Assembly: GCA_017402445.1 (NCBI GenBank)
Contig: JAFPME010000033.1
Span: forward strand, 3,379 to 67,378
DNA length: 64,000 nt
Direction of reading: 5' to 3'
From: Prevotella sp.
Lineage (GTDB): Bacteria > Bacteroidota > Bacteroidia > Bacteroidales > Bacteroidaceae
Part shown: positions 27,920 to 37,497 of the stretch, piece after piece
How the letters are laid out: each line of letters starts with the position of its first letter
Numbering within the stretch: position 1 is the first letter of the stretch
Position numbers and translations under genes: made by a program
Notes under the pieces: generated by a model
Databases searched by the model: none
The model's input: the letters and a program-made list of their open reading frames with translations, nothing else
What the model was told of the DNA's origin: nothing

Positions 27920-29215
27920 ATGAAAAAAGAACGCTTATGGAACGCTAACTACTGCAAAGTCATGGCAGCGAATTTCACGCTGTTCTTTGCTTTCTACTTG
28001 CTGACGCCATTGCTGCCACTCTATCTCAGCGAGCATTTCAACGCCACCAAGGACGTCATCGGGCTCGTGCTGTCCGGCTACACGCTCACCGCACTGCTCA
28101 GCCGTCCGTTCAGCGGCTTCCTGGTCGACTCCTTCCCAAGGAAAAGCGTGCTCCTTTGGTGCTTCTTTTTCTTTTTTATTTTCTTTGCGGGCTATCTTGC
28201 TGCCTCCACCTTATTATTATTCACCATCGTACGAACGCTTCACGGCGCTCCCTTCGGAGCCGTCACCGTGGCCAACTCCACGATGGCCATCGACGTGCTG
28301 CCGTCCTCACGACGCAACGAAGGCATCGGCTACTACGGTCTGAGCAACAACCTCGCCATGGCCGTTTCGCCCTCCATCGCCATCTTTATCTATCATTACA
28401 CACACAGCTTCGAGCTTCTCTTCTGGCTGGCCTTTGTCATTGCACTTGCAGGGTTCATCGTCGACTGTACCATCAAGACTCAGACGAGCTGCAAAGACCC
28501 AAACTCCCCAGACATCAGCAAGACCGACAATGGCACATGCCAAGCGAAAGCCGACTGCTGCCCTGATAAAAGAAAAGACCGCCAGGCACCTTCCTGCACG
28601 TCGGACAAAGCCCGCCCAGCCCCGAAATGGATCTCTCTCGACCGTTTTTTCCTCACCCGTGGGTGGCTGCTGGCCGCCAACATGGTGTTCTTTGGCTTTT
28701 GTTTCGGCGTGCTGAGCAACTATCTGGCCATCTACGGAAAGGAAGTGATGGGCATAACGGGGCAGACAGGAGCCTATTTTGCCATTCTCTCCGTCGGACT
28801 CATCCTTTCGCGCCTGCAAGGCAGCAAGGCTCTGCGCGAAGGAAAGCTGACCTTGAACGCAGCCGAAGGCACCATTCTCAGCACCATCGGCTATGTTCTC
28901 TTCGTTGCCTGCCCCAACGACGTCGGCTACTACGGTTCGGCCATTTTCATCGGCTTGGGCAACGGTCACATGTGGCCCGCTTTCCAGAACATGATCATCT
29001 CCGTGGCCAAGCACAACCAGCGCGGGACTGCCAACAGCACGATTCTCGTTTCATGGGATGTGGGCATGGGTCTGGGTGTCCTCATCGGCGGTTTTGTCAC
29101 CGAACAGATGGGCTACGTCCCTGCCTTCTGGCTTGTAGCCTTTGCTCAGGCTGCCGGCATGCTGCTTTTCCTTACGTCAACAAGGCCGTTCTTCCTGTCA
29201 CGACGACTTCAATGA
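27920..29215 (+). CDS. MFS transporter
   Basis: About 12 TM segments; SGFLVDSFPRK motif A; RRNEGIGYYG. Confidence 0.9.
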   Translation: MKKERLWNANYCKVMAANFTLFFAFYLLTPLLPLYLSEHFNATKDVIGLVLSGYTLTALLSRPFSGFLVDSFPRKSVLLWCFFFFFIFFAGYLAASTLLLFTIVRTLHGAPFGAVTVANSTMAIDVLPSSRRNEGIGYYGLSNNLAMAVSPSIAIFIYHYTHSFELLFWLAFVIALAGFIVDCTIKTQTSCKDPNSPDISKTDNGTCQAKADCCPDKRKDRQAPSCTSDKARPAPKWISLDRFFLTRGWLLAANMVFFGFCFGVLSNYLAIYGKEVMGITGQTGAYFAILSVGLILSRLQGSKALREGKLTLNAAEGTILSTIGYVLFVACPNDVGYYGSAIFIGLGNGHMWPAFQNMIISVAKHNQRGTANSTILVSWDVGMGLGVLIGGFVTEQMGYVPAFWLVAFAQAAGMLLFLTSTRPFFLSRRLQ

Positions 29216-29370
29216 ACGATTCGTCGCCAGTCTTATTCCACTAACACAAAGGCAGAGCCACGTTCTGTTTCTGAACCACCGTCCCACAGCCGACCTGCCC
29301 GTTAAGCTTGACAGAGAAATCAGAAAGTAGCACGCACACGAGTACGACCACCGCTAAAGTTGTGAAAACT

Positions 29371-29401
29371 TTTGCTGAATTGTTTATTTTTCGTACCTTT
29401 G
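29371..29401 (+). promoter_or_regulatory. Bacteroidetes housekeeping promoter
   Basis: TTTG (29371-29374) - 19 nt - TACCTTTG (29394-29401). Confidence 0.8.
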
Positions 29402-29479
29402 CAACAAATTATCACGCATCAGTCATTTTTTATCTGCTTCTCTCTGATAGGCAAAAGATTGGTTCAGAATATCCGCTTT

Positions 29480-32326
29480 ATGGAAACAAATCATCGTTAT
29501 TCGGGCTTGACAGACGCTCAAGTGCTGCAAAGCCGCGCGAAGCACGGCGTGAACATACTCACACCACCTGCAAAAGACCCACTGTGGAAACAATACTTAG
29601 AGAAGTTCAAGGACCCGCTGATTGTCATTTTGATAATAGCCGGCATGATGTCGATCGGCATTTCGTGCTACGAATGCTTCGGACTGCATGCGTCCTCCAC
29701 CGTTTTCTTCGAGCCCGTAGGCATTTTCGTCGCCATTCTGCTCGCTACAGGACTCGCATTCATTTTTGAACAGAAAGCCGACAAGGAGTTTTCCATTCTC
29801 AATCAGGTCAACGACGACGAACCTGTGGAGGCCATACGAAACGGGAACGCCGTCAAGATAGCCAAGAAGGACGTTGTCGTAGGCGACATACTCATCATTG
29901 AGACAGGTCAGGAAATACCCGCCGACGCAGAGTTGCTCGACTCTGTTGCACTGCAAATCGACGAGTCGACACTCACCGGGGAGCCTGTTTGCAGCAAGAG
30001 TGCCGAAGCGAAAGACTTTGACCAAGAAGCCACATTCCCCACCAACCACGTCATGCGCGGCACGAAGGTGATGGAAGGTCACGGCGTCTGCCGCGTCTTT
30101 GCCGTCGGCGACAATACCGAGAACGGCAAGGTGTTCGAAGCGGCACAAATCGACGACGGCGTGAAGACGCCATTAGACGAACAGCTCGAAGGACTGGGCA
30201 ACCTGATTACTCACCTCAGCTATGGCTTTGCGGCAGCCATCATCGTGGCCAAGCTGCTGGTGTTCTTCCAGTGGGCACCCGCCGCATGGCTGCTGCTCAT
30301 CCCCGTCAGCCTGTTTTTCTATCTCGTCATCCGCAAGTTCAAGAACTGGAGTCCCACCGCCTGCATCACCACGATCGTGGTGTTCTTCGCCGTCTTCATA
30401 GCGTCGGTGCTCGCCATTCACGAAGCGCTCAGCCCCGGGCAAGATGTTTCCCACCTGCTGGCATACGCACTGCAGACCATCATGATAGCCGTCACGCTGA
30501 TTGTCGTGGCCGTTCCCGAAGGACTGCCGATGGCCGTGACGCTCTCCCTCGCCTACTCCATGCGCCGGATGCTGAAGACCAACAACCTTGTCCGCAAGAT
30601 GCACGCCTGCGAAACAATGGGAGCCACGACCGTCATCTGCACGGACAAGACGGGAACGCTGACGCAAAACCTGATGCAGGTGAGCGAGACACAATTCTAC
30701 GGACTGGAAAACAATACGCTCGGAGGGGACGAAATGAGCCAAATCATCACCGAAGGCATCGCCGTCAACTCCACGGCCCAGCTCGCCAACAGCAACTCTG
30801 GGAAAACGGAAGTGCTGGGCAACCCGACAGAAGGAGCCCTGCTCATCTGGCTCAAGGAGCACGGCACCGACTATCTCGATGTCAGGCAGCGCGTGGAGCG
30901 GTTAGCCGAAATTCCGTTCTCGACGGAACGCAAGTACATGGCGACACTCGCTAAACGCCCTACGGGCCAAACGGTGCTCTACGTCAAAGGAGCCCCCGAG
31001 ATTGTCTTCGACCTTTGTCGGCAGACTTGCGGCCAAGTTACGAAAGAGCAGGTAGACAAACAACTCAAAGACTATCAGGACAAAGCCATGCGAACACTGG
31101 GCTTTGCCTACCAAACCGTCGAACAGACCGACGACGTCATACAAAACGGAGTGCTGAAAGCCAACCGTCTGACCTTCCTCGGCATCGCCGCCATCAGCGA
31201 CCCTGTGCGCAGCGACGTGCCGCCAGCCGTCAAGGAGTGTGTCGATGCAGGCATCTCCGTCAAGATAGTGACGGGCGACACCGTGGGAACAGCCAAGGAA
31301 ATAGGCCGTCAGATAGGTCTGTGGAACGACAGTACGGACACCGAAAAGAACATCATCACGGGAAGCGAGTTTGCCAAACTCGCTGATGAACAGCTGCAGC
31401 AACGTGTTCTCGACCTGAAAATCATAGCACGCGCACGCCCAATGGACAAGAAACGCCTCGTCGAAGCACTGCAGGCACGCAACCAGGTGGTGGCCGTGAC
31501 CGGCGACGGCACCAACGATGCACCTGCTCTGCACGCTGCCCACGTCGGACTGTCGATGGGCGACGGCACCTCCGTGGCAAAAGAGGCCTCCGACATAACC
31601 ATCATCGACAACTCGTTCTCAAGCATCGGCCGCGCCGTCATGTGGGGACGGTCACTCTATCAGAACATCCAACGCTTCCTTCTGTTCCAACTGACGGTGA
31701 ACGTCGCCGCATGTTTCATCGTGCTGGCGGGTGCATTCATGGGCACGGAGTCGCCGCTGACAGTGACACAGATGCTTTGGGTGAACCTCATCATGGATAC
31801 CTTCGGAGCCATGGCCCTGTCTTCACTGCCACCGACGGCGCAAGTCATGAAGGACAAGCCGCGCGACCGCAACGCCTTCATCCTGAACCGCTCGATGATG
31901 AGCAACATGCTGGGCGTGGGCGGATTCTTCTTCATCCTGCTGCTCGGATTCCTCTACGTCTTCCAGCACGCCGACATCCACAGTATGAGCGACCTGACCC
32001 ACGCATCGCTCGGCGTGAAGGACTCCGTCACACCGTACGAACAGACCCTGTTGTTCTCCATCTTCGTGTGGACTCATTTCTGGTACATGTTCAATGCCCG
32101 TGCCTACAAGACCGGCGGCAGCGGACTGGACCTGAAAGGCTGCGACGGCTTCGAGAGCATCGTGGTGGCCATCGTCGTCGGACAGGTTCTCATCGTTGAA
32201 GTGTTCTACGAATTCTTCAACGTTGTCCCCATGAAGTGGCAGGACTGGGCAACTATCATCGTTCTTTCGTCGCTCGTGATGTGGGTTCGCGAACTGTGGC
32301 ATCTGCTGCGTAAAAAGCGGAAATGA
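29480..32326 (+). CDS. Ca2+-translocating P-type ATPase (PMCA-like)
   Basis: DESTLTGE, VAVPEGLP, DKTGTLT, KGAPE, TGD, GDGTNDAPAL, QMLWVNLIMD. Confidence 0.93.
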   Translation: METNHRYSGLTDAQVLQSRAKHGVNILTPPAKDPLWKQYLEKFKDPLIVILIIAGMMSIGISCYECFGLHASSTVFFEPVGIFVAILLATGLAFIFEQKADKEFSILNQVNDDEPVEAIRNGNAVKIAKKDVVVGDILIIETGQEIPADAELLDSVALQIDESTLTGEPVCSKSAEAKDFDQEATFPTNHVMRGTKVMEGHGVCRVFAVGDNTENGKVFEAAQIDDGVKTPLDEQLEGLGNLITHLSYGFAAAIIVAKLLVFFQWAPAAWLLLIPVSLFFYLVIRKFKNWSPTACITTIVVFFAVFIASVLAIHEALSPGQDVSHLLAYALQTIMIAVTLIVVAVPEGLPMAVTLSLAYSMRRMLKTNNLVRKMHACETMGATTVICTDKTGTLTQNLMQVSETQFYGLENNTLGGDEMSQIITEGIAVNSTAQLANSNSGKTEVLGNPTEGALLIWLKEHGTDYLDVRQRVERLAEIPFSTERKYMATLAKRPTGQTVLYVKGAPEIVFDLCRQTCGQVTKEQVDKQLKDYQDKAMRTLGFAYQTVEQTDDVIQNGVLKANRLTFLGIAAISDPVRSDVPPAVKECVDAGISVKIVTGDTVGTAKEIGRQIGLWNDSTDTEKNIITGSEFAKLADEQLQQRVLDLKIIARARPMDKKRLVEALQARNQVVAVTGDGTNDAPALHAAHVGLSMGDGTSVAKEASDITIIDNSFSSIGRAVMWGRSLYQNIQRFLLFQLTVNVAACFIVLAGAFMGTESPLTVTQMLWVNLIMDTFGAMALSSLPPTAQVMKDKPRDRNAFILNRSMMSNMLGVGGFFFILLLGFLYVFQHADIHSMSDLTHASLGVKDSVTPYEQTLLFSIFVWTHFWYMFNARAYKTGGSGLDLKGCDGFESIVVAIVVGQVLIVEVFYEFFNVVPMKWQDWATIIVLSSLVMWVRELWHLLRKKRK

Positions 32327-32396
32327 AGAGAAGCAACCGTTCGCATAGCTGTGCAGGAGTCGCCGCGACGAGATGGGTTACAGCAACAAGAGCATT

Positions 32397-32771
32397 CTGA
32401 ATTATGTTGACAAAAAGCCCGAAAAAGCCGTCTGTGAAGGCCATCGTTCTGAAATAAAAATCCGACGGGCGCGTACGCGCGAAATATGAGAGTGTCATAA
32501 GGCGTTGAGAACAAACGACTTGTGTTTTCTTTACATTTTTTGCGCTTTCAGAATGGCTCATTTTGCACTTTGAAATGGCCCTTTTTGCTCGCCAGAATGA
32601 ATCATTCTGAAGCCCAAAATGGCCCATTTTGCTGCGCAAAACGGCCCGTTTTGAAAATCAAGCAGATTTCTGTAGCAATTTTGTTGGATTCTTTTACCAA
32701 CTGAAAGGCATTCGTCAACGTAGAATGCAAAAATGAAACGACACTTTTTTTTGGTTAGAAATGTTTACAAT
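32397..32771 (-). repeat. Dispersed ~375-bp composite repeat, copy B
   Basis: Boxes at 32549, 32571, 32593, 32615, 32637; perfect GCGCGTACGCGC; the tail is nearly identical to copy C. Confidence 0.9.
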
Positions 32772-32930
32772 GGCGGTTGAAACATCAACGATTTCCGGCC
32801 TTCAAAATGTGTCAAGAGGATATGGCCGTACGGCGTCAGCAACCCGAAGTGAGCTGTACAAACCGCCAGAGGACCGACATCAGACACATCGTTTCCGCCT
32901 CGGTTCACGTCAGGACAGAAAGCAGGACAC

Positions 32931-32963
32931 AAAAACCCCGGGGCCAAATGCGGCCTCGGGGTT
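32931..32963 (-). terminator. Intrinsic terminator of the PUL
   Basis: Minus-strand AACCCCGAGGCC-GCATTT-GGCCCCGGGGTT followed by TTT, 30 nt after the GH31 stop. Confidence 0.8.
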
Positions 32964-32993
32964 GAACGTGTTCAGCCTGTCGTGTTGACAGTC

Positions 32994-35987
32994 TCAGAGC
33001 TTCACGCTTACGGCCTTGCCGTTATACTGAATCATCTTCCCCTGCGGATTGTCCAGATTCAGCGGCTGCGGCTTGTCTTTCGACACGACGACCACGTTGA
33101 AGCGGCGGTTCTTCAGCATTCCGTTGAAGGACCCCTTGCGCTGACCGATGGTGAGCGTCTTGGAGGCATCGTCGTAACGAATGTCGATGGTGGCATACTT
33201 GCCTCGCTCGTAGTTGTAGTTCGTGCCCTCGTCTTCGTAGAGCTGGAACTCGGCATCCTTGCCTGTGTAGACGTAAAGGTTGATGAGCTCAGCCGGTTTC
33301 TCGTCGCTCCACTCCATTTCGGGACCGAACGGGATGATGGCTCCTTCGCGAACGAAAACAGGAATGCACTCGTAGGGAGCGTCGACAACGAGCGTCTGAC
33401 CGCCATCAATGTGCTGCCCGGTGTACAGGTCGTACCATCCGCACTGCTCGGGGAAGTAGACGGCGCGGTTGCGGGCCTTGTAGTAGGCGACGGGACAAGC
33501 CATGAGTGCAGGTCCGAACATCCACTGGTTGCCGATGTTCTCGACGTTACGGTCGCCGTTGAAGTCCATGACGAGTGCACGCATGAGCGTATAGTCCTTG
33601 AAGTGCGCCCAGCCAGCCATTGAATACAGATAAGGCATCAGTCGATAGCGCAGTTTGTCGTAGTAGACGAACGACTTGTAAGCCGGATGGTTCTCGGGAG
33701 CAATGTTCCAGATTTCGCGCAACGGCCACTGTCCGTGGGCACGGAAGAGCGGAATGAAAGCTCCGAACTGGTTCCAGCGCGTCTGCAACTCGCGCCATTC
33801 CTTCAGGTCTTCCGTTTCCACACCGGTCTTGTCGTAAGCCTGCTGAGCGGCCACGTAGCGGTTTTCAACGCAGAAGCCACCCTGGTCCATGCCCCAGAAG
33901 GGGATGCCGGACATAGAGTAGTTCAGGCCGGCAGTCATCTGTGCGCGCATGTCCTCCCATCGTGTACCGATGTCGCCGCTCCACGTAGCGGTGGAGAAAC
34001 GCTGTTCACCGGCAAAACCACTGCGTGTGAGGAGGAAGACACGTGGTTCGTTGGCCTTTCCTTTATATACGGAACGCTGTCCGTTGTAGATAGCGTCGGC
34101 ATTCACGGTAGAGTAAGCGTTGAAATACTCGGTAGAGGTTCCGAGAGCCGTAGGTCCGCTGAGGGCCTTGCGATACCACATGGGCGTACAGTCGCGCACG
34201 TTGGGCTCGGAAGCATCCATCCACCAGGCATCAATGCCAGCCACGCCCTTGCGGTTGTACTTGGAATAGAGATTCTCGTCCATCTGGCGCCAGAACATCT
34301 TGCGTGCACCAGCGTCGTAGGCATCGTAGAACGAGCCGCGGAAACCTAACCAGTCGTGGATGTCGTCCTTGACAGCCTGGCGGTACATCCAGCCGTTCTT
34401 GTCGAGTTCCTTGTAGTTGTCGACCGTGTCGTAGAACTTCGGCCAGACGGAAATCATGAAGCGTCCGTGCATGGCATGAACGCTGTCGAGCATCGCCTGC
34501 GGGTTGGCGTAGCGCGAAGACTCGAAGACATGGCTGCCCCAAGAGTCCAACTGCCAGTAGTTCCAGTCCTGAACGATGTTGTCGATGGGGATATGGCGAC
34601 GGCGGAACTCAGCCAGCGTCTCCTCAATCTCGCCGGAAGACTTGTAACGTTCGCGGCTCTGCCAGAATCCGAGCACCCACTTCGGGTAGAGCGAGGCTTT
34701 ACCCGTCAGCGTGCGGTAGCCGGAAATGACTTCGTCGAAGTTCTTGCCGGCAATGAAATAGTAGTCCATGTCGCGTGCCATCTCGCTCCAGATGCTCAAC
34801 TGTCCGCGCTGTGCTTCGCTACGGGGCTCGGCTACACGCAGTCCGCAATAGGCTTCGCCGCCGTCGGGTTGCCACTCGATGCGCAGCTGTGCCTTCTTTC
34901 CCTTCTGCAACTCGGTCGCAAACTTGTAGGCATTGGGGTTCCAGGCGGTACGCCAGCGCTCGGGCACCACTTCACGTCCGTCGATGTACACCTTCACGTA
35001 GCCTGAATAATAGAGGATGAACTGATAGAGCTGCTTTTTGCCCTTACACTTTCCGCAACACTCAGGCTCGAGGAAACCCTCGTAGACGACATTGGCACCC
35101 TGGAGGTTGAAGCCTTTCGGCAGGTTCTTGATACCGCCGTTGTCGGTCTTCACGGCAATTTCGCTCGTTGCGGGGAAGCCATATTCATAATAGATGCTGT
35201 CCTCGTCGCGAACAAGTTGCTTGCCATCCTTGTCGGTGTAGGTGCCAGTGAGGTGGCCTTCACGGCCCTGCTTGTCGTAGAGTTTGAAGGCTCGGTTCAG
35301 CTGCAGATAATCGTTAGGATTGCCGAAACGGCAGTAGCTGTAGGAGTCCCACAGGATGCCGTAGTTCTTGTTTGACAGGACAAAGGGGATGCTGACCTTC
35401 GTGTTGTACTGGAAAAGGTCTTCGTTCTTGCCCTTCATGTTGAACTCTTCCGACTGATGCTGACCCAGACCGTAGAAGGCTTCGTCGGCGGGACTGTCGA
35501 AGAGCGCATGCCACTGCAGGCCGTGCTTCATATCCTCGGTGATGGCGGGGCCTCCTTTCAGTCCGTATTCACGCTCGGGAACGGTGAAGTTCTTGAAGGT
35601 CTTGCCATTTTTTGCTTCCTTCAGAAGCTGTTTGCCGGCTCCGTCGAAAAAGGTGATGGCACCCGTCTGTTTGTTCACGACAGCCTTTACGTTGCGGGCT
35701 TTCACGATGACATCAGTGCCATCTTCCGTCACGTCGAATGTCGCAGCGGCCTGCTTTTGAGGCACAATCATCAGACTCGTCTTCGAAGGCAACGCATCTT
35801 CGCTGGTGGCCTGCACGCGAATGATGTTGCCGTTGACTACTTGCAGTCGCACAATCTTGGCGCCACCGTCTTGCGGAGCTCCAACATTGATGGTAACACT
35901 GTTACCACTCTTCACAAAGTCTGCTGCCGAAGCCACTGAAGCCACGGCAAGCAGACCAGCCAAAACAAAATACTTTTTTATCACCAT
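32994..35987 (-). CDS. GH31 alpha-xylosidase with PA14-like insertion
   Basis: Signal peptide, GFWQSRERY, IVQDWNYW, WWMDASEP (nucleophile), WSGDI (acid/base), FRAHG; WRTAWNP insert as in xyloglucan-active GH31 enzymes. Confidence 0.9.
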   Translation of the reverse strand: MVIKKYFVLAGLLAVASVASAADFVKSGNSVTINVGAPQDGGAKIVRLQVVNGNIIRVQATSEDALPSKTSLMIVPQKQAAATFDVTEDGTDVIVKARNVKAVVNKQTGAITFFDGAGKQLLKEAKNGKTFKNFTVPEREYGLKGGPAITEDMKHGLQWHALFDSPADEAFYGLGQHQSEEFNMKGKNEDLFQYNTKVSIPFVLSNKNYGILWDSYSYCRFGNPNDYLQLNRAFKLYDKQGREGHLTGTYTDKDGKQLVRDEDSIYYEYGFPATSEIAVKTDNGGIKNLPKGFNLQGANVVYEGFLEPECCGKCKGKKQLYQFILYYSGYVKVYIDGREVVPERWRTAWNPNAYKFATELQKGKKAQLRIEWQPDGGEAYCGLRVAEPRSEAQRGQLSIWSEMARDMDYYFIAGKNFDEVISGYRTLTGKASLYPKWVLGFWQSRERYKSSGEIEETLAEFRRRHIPIDNIVQDWNYWQLDSWGSHVFESSRYANPQAMLDSVHAMHGRFMISVWPKFYDTVDNYKELDKNGWMYRQAVKDDIHDWLGFRGSFYDAYDAGARKMFWRQMDENLYSKYNRKGVAGIDAWWMDASEPNVRDCTPMWYRKALSGPTALGTSTEYFNAYSTVNADAIYNGQRSVYKGKANEPRVFLLTRSGFAGEQRFSTATWSGDIGTRWEDMRAQMTAGLNYSMSGIPFWGMDQGGFCVENRYVAAQQAYDKTGVETEDLKEWRELQTRWNQFGAFIPLFRAHGQWPLREIWNIAPENHPAYKSFVYYDKLRYRLMPYLYSMAGWAHFKDYTLMRALVMDFNGDRNVENIGNQWMFGPALMACPVAYYKARNRAVYFPEQCGWYDLYTGQHIDGGQTLVVDAPYECIPVFVREGAIIPFGPEMEWSDEKPAELINLYVYTGKDAEFQLYEDEGTNYNYERGKYATIDIRYDDASKTLTIGQRKGSFNGMLKNRRFNVVVVSKDKPQPLNLDNPQGKMIQYNGKAVSVKL

Positions 35988-36001
35988 CTTTATTTTTTTG
36001 A

Positions 36002-37471
36002 TTACTGAATACCTTGCATGAGGGCATCTACGATTTCAGCTTCGTACCAGTTGAGGTTCTTGCGGTTGATCAGACCCATCCACCAGAGACCTGTTGTACC
36101 ACGGGCTTTCAGCTGTGTGGTGACGAAGCGGGCATACTTGATACGCTCGGAAATGTCGGCATGGGTGCCGATGGCACCGAACTCACCGAAGATCCAGGGC
36201 ACACCCAGGTCGCCGAAGCGCTTCGACACGCGGTTGATGACATCAAGGACTTCCTGCTGCTGCTCGGCACCGAACATTGTGATGTAGTACTTCTCACCGG
36301 CATCCTTGTCGTCGGTGTCGTTACAGAACCAGTATGGATCGTAACTGTGAACGGAAGCAAGAATATGATTCGGATGAACGTCGTTCGGTATCTGCATTCC
36401 GTCGAGCTTTGCCTGCGTGCTTCCAGCACTGTAGGGGTTCACTATCAGATTGCGATAGAGGTTCTTGCCGCCTGTTGCACGTACGGCATCGACGAAATCC
36501 TGCTCCAGACGCGTGATGGCTTCGTATGCACGCGGATCGGACGGGTCGTTCCAATTCTTCGAAGAATCGAGGATTTCGTTGAAGGCTTCGAAGACAAGAT
36601 GGTCATCATAGTCGGCAAAACGCTGTGCTACCTGCGTCCAGATGGCCTTATACTTGTCCTTGATAGATGCGTACTTGTCCATATCGGCAACGAGCCACAC
36701 ATTGTCGGCGGCTCCTGTGTCGTGCTGGACGTTCAGGATACAATAGCAACCTGCATTGAGAACCATCTTCACCACTTCCTCTACACGGTCCATCCAGGCA
36801 GCATCGATGACATTGTTATTGTCCATGTGTATACCCCAAGTAACCGGAACTCGAATCACGTTGAATCCCTTCTCTGCAATGGCATTGATGATTTCGGGCG
36901 TCGTCTGCGGCTGTCCCCATTGTGTCTCAAAGTCGATTGGAGTCTTACCTTCGGGATTCCACCATGAGCCAATAGGATTGGAATCGAGCGTATTACCAAG
37001 GTTGTAGCCAATCTTCAGATTCTCAACAAAGCTGTAAGCACTCATGAACGGGTCGTTAGGATCGGTTCCTGTGCCACGCTGGTTCAGCGTGACGGCCTTC
37101 GTCAGCGAGCCGGACTTGAAGGTCAGGGTGGCCGAACGCTCATCACCGGTGTTCTTAACGATGTCAACACGCATGAAAGACCAGCGGTCAAAGAATCCGT
37201 AACCTGCATGGTTCGACAGCTTCACCCACGTAGTATCGCTGCTCTCAACAGTCCAGTCGCCGTCGCACTCCACACCAAGAATCGTACTGGTAGCACCGAT
37301 GCCGAAGGTTAGGGCGTCGCTCACCTTCACACTGTCTTTCATCACGTTCAGCTTGCTGGCCGGTCCCTCGGAACGTCCGGTGTAGCTGGGCGCGTTCTCT
37401 ACGTCGGTGCAGCCCTGGAATCCCAGGGTTGCAGCCAACACTATCATGCCAAATATATTTCTCAGTTTCAT
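36002..37471 (-). CDS. GH5 (subfamily 4-like) endo-xyloglucanase/endoglucanase lipoprotein with BACON domain
   Basis: Lipobox FQGC, BACON-like N-domain, GYNLGNTLD, IRVPVTW, FEAFNEI (acid/base), HSYDPY, IFGEFG (nucleophile). Confidence 0.9.
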   Translation of the reverse strand: MKLRNIFGMIVLAATLGFQGCTDVENAPSYTGRSEGPASKLNVMKDSVKVSDALTFGIGATSTILGVECDGDWTVESSDTTWVKLSNHAGYGFFDRWSFMRVDIVKNTGDERSATLTFKSGSLTKAVTLNQRGTGTDPNDPFMSAYSFVENLKIGYNLGNTLDSNPIGSWWNPEGKTPIDFETQWGQPQTTPEIINAIAEKGFNVIRVPVTWGIHMDNNNVIDAAWMDRVEEVVKMVLNAGCYCILNVQHDTGAADNVWLVADMDKYASIKDKYKAIWTQVAQRFADYDDHLVFEAFNEILDSSKNWNDPSDPRAYEAITRLEQDFVDAVRATGGKNLYRNLIVNPYSAGSTQAKLDGMQIPNDVHPNHILASVHSYDPYWFCNDTDDKDAGEKYYITMFGAEQQQEVLDVINRVSKRFGDLGVPWIFGEFGAIGTHADISERIKYARFVTTQLKARGTTGLWWMGLINRKNLNWYEAEIVDALMQGIQ

Positions 37472-37497
37472 GATCTTCTTCAAATTTAGGTATTATT

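Noticed and set aside
29402-29479. yybP-ykoY (Mn2+) riboswitch before the P-type ATPase
   Set aside because: The leader is short and lacks the GGGGAGUAG core; only a weak hairpin is present.
32771-32868. TGGCGGTT...AACCGCCA inverted repeat beside repeat copy B as a MITE
   Set aside because: Only 8 bp are perfect, there is a single copy in the window and no target duplication.
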